From the NCBI RefSeq assembly GCF_009914755.1, contig NC_060938.1: a stretch of 64,000 bases of DNA. The stretch is one strand, 5' to 3'. The notes beneath the pieces were generated by a model that did no database searches, was not told where the DNA came from, and worked only from the letters and a program-made list of their open reading frames with translations. The stretch's first letter is position 1; every line of letters starts with the position of its first letter. A program made the translations under genes and the position numbers. Positions 53,132-64,000 of this stretch are shown piece by piece. This DNA comes from the human T2T-CHM13v2.0 reference genome, Homo sapiens.

Positions 53132-55519
53132 CTGGTTGCCATTTATATGTCTTCTTTTAAGAAATTTCTATTTATATCTTAGCCCATTTTAAAATCAGAT
53201 TATTAGTTTTTTCCTATAGAGTTGTTTGAGCTCTTTATGTATTCTGGTTATTAATCCCTTGTCAGATGAGTAGTTTGCAAATATTTTCTCTCATTCTGTG
53301 TTGTCTCTTCACTTTGCTGATATTTGTCCTTTGCTGTGCAGAAGCTTTTTAGCTTGATGTGATCTCATTTGTCCATTTTTGCTTTGGTTGCCTGTGCTTC
53401 TGAGGTTTTACTCAAGAACTTTTTGCCCAGTCAAATGTCCTAGATAAATTTCCCAATGTTTTATTCTAGTAGTTTCATAGTTTCAGGGCTTATATTTCTC
53501 TTTAATCTATTTCAATTTGATTTTGGTATATGGCAAGACATAGGTGTCTAGTTTCATTATTCTCATATGGATAGCCAGTGTTCCAAGGACCATTGATAGA
53601 AGACACTGTTTTACCCCAATATATGTTCTTGGCACTTTTGTTGAAAATGAGCACACTGTAAATGTGTGGATTTATTTCTAGGCTCTCTATTCTGTTCCAT
53701 TTGTCTATCACAAAATGCCAGTACCATGCTGTTTTGACTACTATGGCTCTGTAGTATAATTTGAAGTCAGGTACTGTGATTCATCCAATTTTATACTTTT
53801 TGCTCAGAATGGCTCTGGCTATTCTGGGCTTTTTGTGGTTTCATATAAATTTTAGTTTTATTTTATCTATTTCTGTTAGGAATTTCATTGGTATTTTGAT
53901 AGAGATTGCAGTGAATCTATAGATTGCTTTGGGAAGTATGGATATTTTAACAATATTAATTTTTCTAATCTATGAACATGGAATATCTTTGCATATTTTT
54001 GTGTATTCTTTAATTTCTTTATTCAAGTTTTATAGTTTTCATTGTAGAGATTTTTCACTTCCTTGGTTAAGTTTATTCTTAAGAATTTGATTTTATTTGT
54101 AGCTAATGCAAATGGCATTACTTTTTGGATTTCTTTTTTTAATAGTTCACTGTTGCCATATAGAAATGCTACTGATTTTTGTATGTTGATTTTGTATTCT
54201 CCAACTTTACCAGATTTGTTTATCACTTCTAATAGTTTTTTGGTGGTCTTTAGGTTTTTCTAGATAAAGATCCTGTCAGCTGAAAACAAGGATAATTTCA
54301 CTTCTTCTATTTCAATTTGGATGTCTTTTTTTTCTTTCTCCTCTCCAATTGCTATAGCTAGGACTTTCAGTACAATGCTGAATAACAATGGTGATAGAGG
54401 GCATCCTTGTCTTGTTTCAGATCTTAGAAAAAAGGCTTTTAGTTTTTCCCCATTCAGTATGTGGGTCTGTCATATATGGCTTTTATTGTGTTGAGGTATG
54501 TTTCTTTTATAACAGGTTTTTTTGACAGTTTTTATCATGAAGGATTGTTGGATTTTATCAAATGCTTTTTCAGCATTAGTTAAGATAATCATATGGTTTT
54601 TGTCCTTCATACTGTTGATGTGAAGTACCACATTTGTTGATTTGTCTATGTTGAACCATTTTTGCATTCCTGGAATAAATCCCACTTGGTTATGATGACT
54701 GGTCCTTTTACTGTGTTGATGAATTTGGTTTACTAGTATTTTGTTGAGAATATTTGCATCTATGTTCATCAGGGATACTGATCTATAGTTTTCTTTTTTT
54801 TTTAAATGTGTCTTTGTCTGGTTTTGGTATCAGGGTAATACTAGCCTCGGTGAATAAGTTTGGAATGATTACCTCTTCTTCAGTATTTTGGAATAGTTTG
54901 AGTAGAATTTGTATTAGTCTTTCCAATAAATGTTTGGCAAAACATGTATTATGACTTCAATCTCATTACTTGTTATTAGCCTGTTCAGGTATTGGATTTC
55001 TTTATGGTTCAATCTTAGTCTATGTACATATACATAGACATATGCAACATATATGTATGTGTCTCCTTTTTCATCTTTGATTTTATTTATTTGGGTCTTC
55101 TTTTTTTCTAAGACTGGCTAAAGTGTTTTATTTTGTTTATCTTTTTTAAAATCAACTTTTTGTTTCATTGATCTTTTGTATTTTTTTAATATCATTTATT
55201 TCTGCTCTCATCTTTGTTACAATTTCTTTTTTTCTACTAATTTTGAGTTTGCTTTGCTTTGTTTTTTTTTTTATTTCTTCAAGATACATTGTTAGGTTGT
55301 TTATTTGATGTTTCCTACTTTTTAATGTAGGTGTTTATTGATATAAACTGTCCTCTTACTACGCTTCTGCTGTATCTTATAGGTTTTGGTATGCTGCATT
55401 TCTATTTTCATTTGTTCCAAGAAATTTTTAAATTTTCTTCTTAATTTCTTCATCGACCCACTGGTCATTCAAGAGCATATTGTTTAATTTCCATGTGTTT
55501 GTATAGTTTCCATAATTCC

Positions 55520-57152
55520 TGATATGGTTTGGCTCTGTGTCCCCATCCAAATCTCATCTTGAATTGTAATCCCCATGTGTCAAGGGGAGAGACCTGTAAT
55601 CCCCACATGTCAAGGGAGGGACCTGGTGGGAAGCGATTGGATCATGGGGGCAGTTTCCCCTATGCTGTTGTTGTGGTAGTGAGTGAGTTCTCACAAGATC
55701 TGATTGGTTTTATAAGTGTGTGACAGTTCCTTCTTCACTCGCTCACACTCTCTCTCCTGCTGCCTTTGAAGAAGATGCCTGCTTTCCCTTTTGTCATGAT
55801 TGTGTTTCCAAATTTATAAAGAAAATTTGTCACTAGGAATTGACAAAACTGTAAGTCAATTAAATATCCTTTCTTTATAAATTACCCAGTCCTGGATAGT
55901 GTCTTTATAGCAGTGTGAGAATGAACTAATACAGTAAATTGGCACTGAGGTAGTGGGCACTGCTATGAAGATACTTGAAAATGTTAAGAAAATGTGGCAC
56001 ATATACACCATGGAATACTATGCAGCCATAAAAAATGATGAGTTCATGTCCTTTGTAGGGACATGGATGAAGCTGGAAACTATCATTCTCAGCAAACTAT
56101 CGCAAGGACAAAAAACCAAACACCGCATGTTCTCACTCATAGGTGGGAATTGAACAATGAGAACACATGGACACAGGCAGGGGAACATCACACACCGGGG
56201 ACTGTTGTGGGGTGGGGGGAGGGATAGCATTAGGAGATATACCTAATGCTAAATGATGAGTTAATGGGTGCAACACACCAACATGGCACATGTATACATA
56301 TGTAACAAACCTGCACGTTGTGCACATGTACCCTAAAACTTAAAGTATAATAATAATAATAATAATAATAATAAAAGAAAATGTGGAAGTGACTTTGGAA
56401 CTGGGTAACAGGCAGAGGTTGGAACAGTTTGGATGGCTCAGAAGAAGACAGGAAGATGTGGGAAAGTTTGGAGCTTCTTAAAGACCTGTTGAATGGTTTT
56501 GACCAAAATGCTGATAGTGATACGAACAATGAAGTCCAGGCTGAGTGGTCTCAGATGGAGATGAAGAATTTCTTGGAAACCAGAGTGAAAGTCACTTATG
56601 CTATGCTTTAGTAGAGTGACTTGTGGCATTTTGCCCCTGCCCTAGAAATCTGTGGAACTTTGAACAACTTGAGTGAGATGATTTAGGGTATCTGGAGGAA
56701 GACATTTCTAAGTAGCAAAGTATTCAAGACGTGACCTGGATTATTCTGAAAGTATTCAGTTGTACATATTCACAGAGAAAGAGTTTGAAATTGGAACTTA
56801 TGTTTAAAAGGGAAACAGAACATAAAAGTTTGGAAAATTTGCAGCCTGATGATGAGATAGAAAAGAAAAACCTATATTCTGGGGAGAAATTTAAGCCAGC
56901 TGCAGAAATTTGCATAAGTAATGAGAAATTGAATGTTAATTACCAAGACAATGGGGAAAATGTCTTCAGGCCATCAGAGACCTGGAGGCATAGGAGGAAA
57001 AAACTGACCTGGAGGTATAGGAGGAAAAAACTGTTTCATAATCCAGGCCTAGGCCCTTGATGCTTAGTGCAGCCTTGGGGCTTGGTGCCCTTCATCCCAG
57101 CTGTGGCTGAAACGGGCCAAGGTACTGCTCTGGCCGTTGCTTCAGAGGGTGC
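55520..57152 (+). mobile_element. THE1D-like MaLR: 5' LTR (55520-55933) plus partial internal region
   Basis: TGATATGGTTTGGCTCTGTG...ACTAATACA, then GTAAATTGG and GACTTTGGAACTGGGTAACAGGCAGAGG. Confidence 0.92.
55985..56376 (+). mobile_element. L1PA4/5-like 3' end with (TAA)n tail
   Basis: TSD GAAAATGT at 55977-55984 and 56377-56384. Confidence 0.92.
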
Positions 57153-58184
57153 TCTCTCTCTCTCTCTCCTGCTGCCTTTGAAGAAGATGCCTGCTTTCCC
57201 TTTTGTCATGATTGTGTTTCCTAATTTATAAAGAAATTCAACCTTTTGTTGAACTGACTGCTTTATCATTATATAATAAGCTTCTCTGTCTCAGTTTTCT
57301 TTGTGAAATCTATTTTGTCTCATAAACATAGATAACCCTGCTCTTTTTTGGTTTCTGTTGGCATGAAATATCTTTTTTTATTTCTTTATTTCAATCTGTG
57401 TGTCTTGGTAGGCAAACTATGTTTCTTGTAGGCTATAGATTGTTGGGTCTTTTATTAAAAAAATTATCCAGCCACTCTATGTCCTTTGATTGGTTAGTTT
57501 AGTCCATTTACATTCAGTGTTGTTATTGATAAGTAAGGAATTACTCCTCTCATTTTGTTATTTGTTTTCTGGTTATTTTATGGTCTTCTCCTCCTTTTTG
57601 TCTTTCTTTTAGTGAATATGATTTTCTCAGGTGGTATATTTTGATATCTCAAACTTATAGGACATGTCCTATAAGAAATGCTAAAGAGAGTTTATCAGTC
57701 TGAAAGAAAATTATGTTAATGAGCAATAAGAAATTACCTGAAGGTGCAAAGCTCACTGGTAATCGGAATTATGGAGACAAAAATAGAATATTCTAGCACT
57801 TTGAATATGTCATGCCATTCTTTCCTGGACCATAAGTTTTCTGCTGAGAAGTCTGCTGCCAGATATATTGAAGCTCATTTGTATGTTATTTGTTTCTTTC
57901 TCTTGCTACTTTAGGATCCTTTCTTTTTTTTTTTTATTTTGAATGTTTTACATCTTTTTTTATTTTTTTAATTATTATTATTATACTTTAAGTTTTAGGG
58001 TACATGTGCACAATGTGCAGGTTAGTTACATATGTATACATGTGCCATGCTGGTGTGCTGCACCCATTAAGTCGTCATTTAGCATTAGGCATATCGCCTA
58101 AAGCTATCCCTCGTCCCTCCCCCCACCCCACAACAGTCCCCAGAGTGTGATGTTCCCCTTCCTGTGTCCATGTGTTCTCATTCT

Positions 58185-62034
<3,850 letters not shown>

Positions 62035-62082
62035 TTATTTTGCTCGTTAGGTGATGCAGTTTCTTCCTAGCCTCGATGGTCT

Positions 62083-63099
62083 TTACAATTTGGCATGATT
62101 TTTCAGTGGCTGGTACCACTTGTTCCTTTCCACGTTTAGTGCTTCCTTCAGGACCTCTTTTAGGGCAGGCCTGGTGATGACAAAATCTCTCAGCATTTGC
62201 TTGTCTGTAAAGTATTTTATTTCTCCTCCACTTACAAAGCTTAGTTTGGCTGGATATGAAATTCTGGGTTGAAAATTATTTTCTTTAAGAATGTTGAATA
62301 TTGGCCCCCACTCTCTTCTTGCTTGTAGAGTTTCTGCCGAGAGATCCACTGTTAGTCTGATGGGCTTCCCTTTGTGGGTAACCCGACCTTTCTCTCTGGC
62401 TGCCCTTAACATTTTTTCCTTCATTTCAACTTTGGTGAATCTGACAATTATGTGTCTTGGGGTTGCTCTTCTCGAGGAGTATCTTTGTGGCATTCTGTGT
62501 ATTTCCTGAATCTGAATGTTGGCCTGCCTTGCTAGATTGGGGAAGTTCTCCTGGATAATATCCTGCAGCGTGTTTTCCAACTTGGTTGCATTCTCCCCAT
62601 CACTTTCAGGTACACCAATCAGATGTAGATTTGGTCTTTTCACATAGTCCCATATTTCTTGGAGGCTTTGTTCTTTTCTTTTTATTCTTTTTTCTCTAAA
62701 CTTCCTTTCTCACTTCATTTCATTCATTTCACCTGCCATCACTGATACCCTTTCTTCCAGTTGATCACATCGGCTCCTGAGGCTTCTGCATTCTTCACGT
62801 AGTTCTCGAGCCTTGGCTTTCAGCTCCATCATCTCCTTTAAGCACTTCTCTGTATTGGTTATTCTAGTTATACATTCGTCTAAATTTTTTTCAAAGTTTT
62901 CAAATTCTTTGCCTTTGGTTTGAGTTTCCTCCTGTAGCTCAGAGTAATTTGATCGTCTGAAGCCTTCTTCTCTCAACTCGTCAAAGTCATTCTCCATCCA
63001 GCTTTGTTCTGTTGCTGATGAGGAGCTGCTTTCCTTTGGAGGAGGAGAGGCGCTCTGCTTTTTAGAGTTTCCAGTTTTTCCGCTCTGTTTTTTCCCCAT
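62083..63099 (-). pseudogene. L1 ORF1 with one premature stop
   Basis: 1017-nt span (338 codons plus stop), in frame, single TGA at codon 130 (62710-62712). Confidence 0.95.
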
Positions 63100-63227
63100 C
63101 TTTGTGGTTTTATCTACTTTTGGTCTCTGATGATGGTGATGTACAGATGGGTTTTTGGTGTGGATGTCCTTTCTGTTTGTTAGTTTTCCTTCTAACAGAC
63201 AGGACCCTCAGCTGCAGGTCTGTTGGA

Positions 63228-63356
63228 GTTTGCTAGAGGTCCACTCCAGACCCTGTTTGCCTGGGTACCAGCAGTGGTGGCTGCAGAACAGCGGATTTTC
63301 GTGAACCGCGAATGCTGCTGTCTGATCCTTCCACTGGAAGTTTTATCTCAGAGGAG
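63228..63356 (-). promoter_or_regulatory. ~129-bp L1 5' UTR segment reported to contain the ZNF93 binding site
   Basis: Sequence present between GTCTGTTGGA and TACC, which are essentially adjacent in L1HS. Confidence 0.8.
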
Positions 63357-63686
63357 TACCCGGCCAGCCGTGTGAGGTGTCAGTCTGCCCCTACTGGTGG
63401 GTGCCTCCCAGTTAGGCTGCTCGGGGGTCAGGGGTCAGGGACCCACTTGAGGAGGCAGTCTGCCCATTGTCAGATCTCCAGCTGCGTGCTGGGAGAACCA
63501 CTGCTCTCTTCAAAGCTGTCAGACAGGGACATTAAAGTCTGCAGAGTTTACTGCTGTCTTTTTGTTTGTCTGTGCCCTGCCCCCAGAGGTGGAGCCTACA
63601 GAGGCAGGCAGGCCTCCTTGAGCTGTGGTGGGCTCCACCCAGTTCGAGCTGCCGGGCTGCTTTGTTTACCTAAGCAAGCCTGGGCA

Positions 63687-63869
63687 ATGGCAGGCGCCCC
63701 TCCCCCAGCCTCGCTGCCACCTTGCAGTTTGATCTCAGACTGCTGTGCTAGGAATCAGCGAGACTCCTTGGGTGTAGGATCCTCAGAGCCATGTGTGGGA
63801 TATAATCTCCTTCTGCGCCGTTTTTTAAGCCCATCGGAAAAGCGCAGTATTAGGTTGGGAGTGACCTAA
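63687..63869 (+). pseudogene. L1 antisense ORF0, truncated to 60 aa
   Basis: MAGAPPPASLPPCSLISDCC...RLGVT then stop; canonical ORF0 is 71 aa. Confidence 0.85.
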
Positions 63870-64000
63870 TTTTCCAGGTGCTGTCTGCCACCCCTTTCTT
63901 TGATTAGGAAAGGGAACTTCCTGACCCCTTGCGCTTCCCGAGTGAGGCAATGCCTCACCCTGCTTCAGCTCGCGCACAGTGTGCTGCACCCCCTGTCCTG

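Noticed and set aside
55565-57033. ~30-bp (55565-55625) and 27-bp (56980-57033) tandem duplications in THE1D
   Set aside because: Simple local duplications; two copies only, not a CRISPR-like array

Overview
Repeat-dense primate (human-like) nuclear DNA, intronic or intergenic; I recognise no intact host gene or confident host exon. It contains seven annotated Alu elements (one a two-Alu chimera), many L1 copies (L1M/L1MA, L1PB1, L1PA16/17-like and a nearly full-length L1PA3-like copy with only three frame-breaking lesions), L2/MIR/L3 relics, hAT DNA transposons, two THE1D-type MaLR insertions, a 5'-truncated HERV-H and a 5'-inverted RACGAP1 processed pseudogene. The most unusual signal is at 38372-38575: sequence resembling the first exon(s) of ZNF91-type KRAB zinc-finger genes, apparently spliced, sits directly upstream of an L1 5' end and inside that L1's decayed target-site duplication (TSD). 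This suggests an L1 retrotransposed from a KRAB-ZNF promoter-driven chimeric transcript. Subfamily calls are from recalled consensus motifs, not database searches, and boundaries of old elements are approximate.
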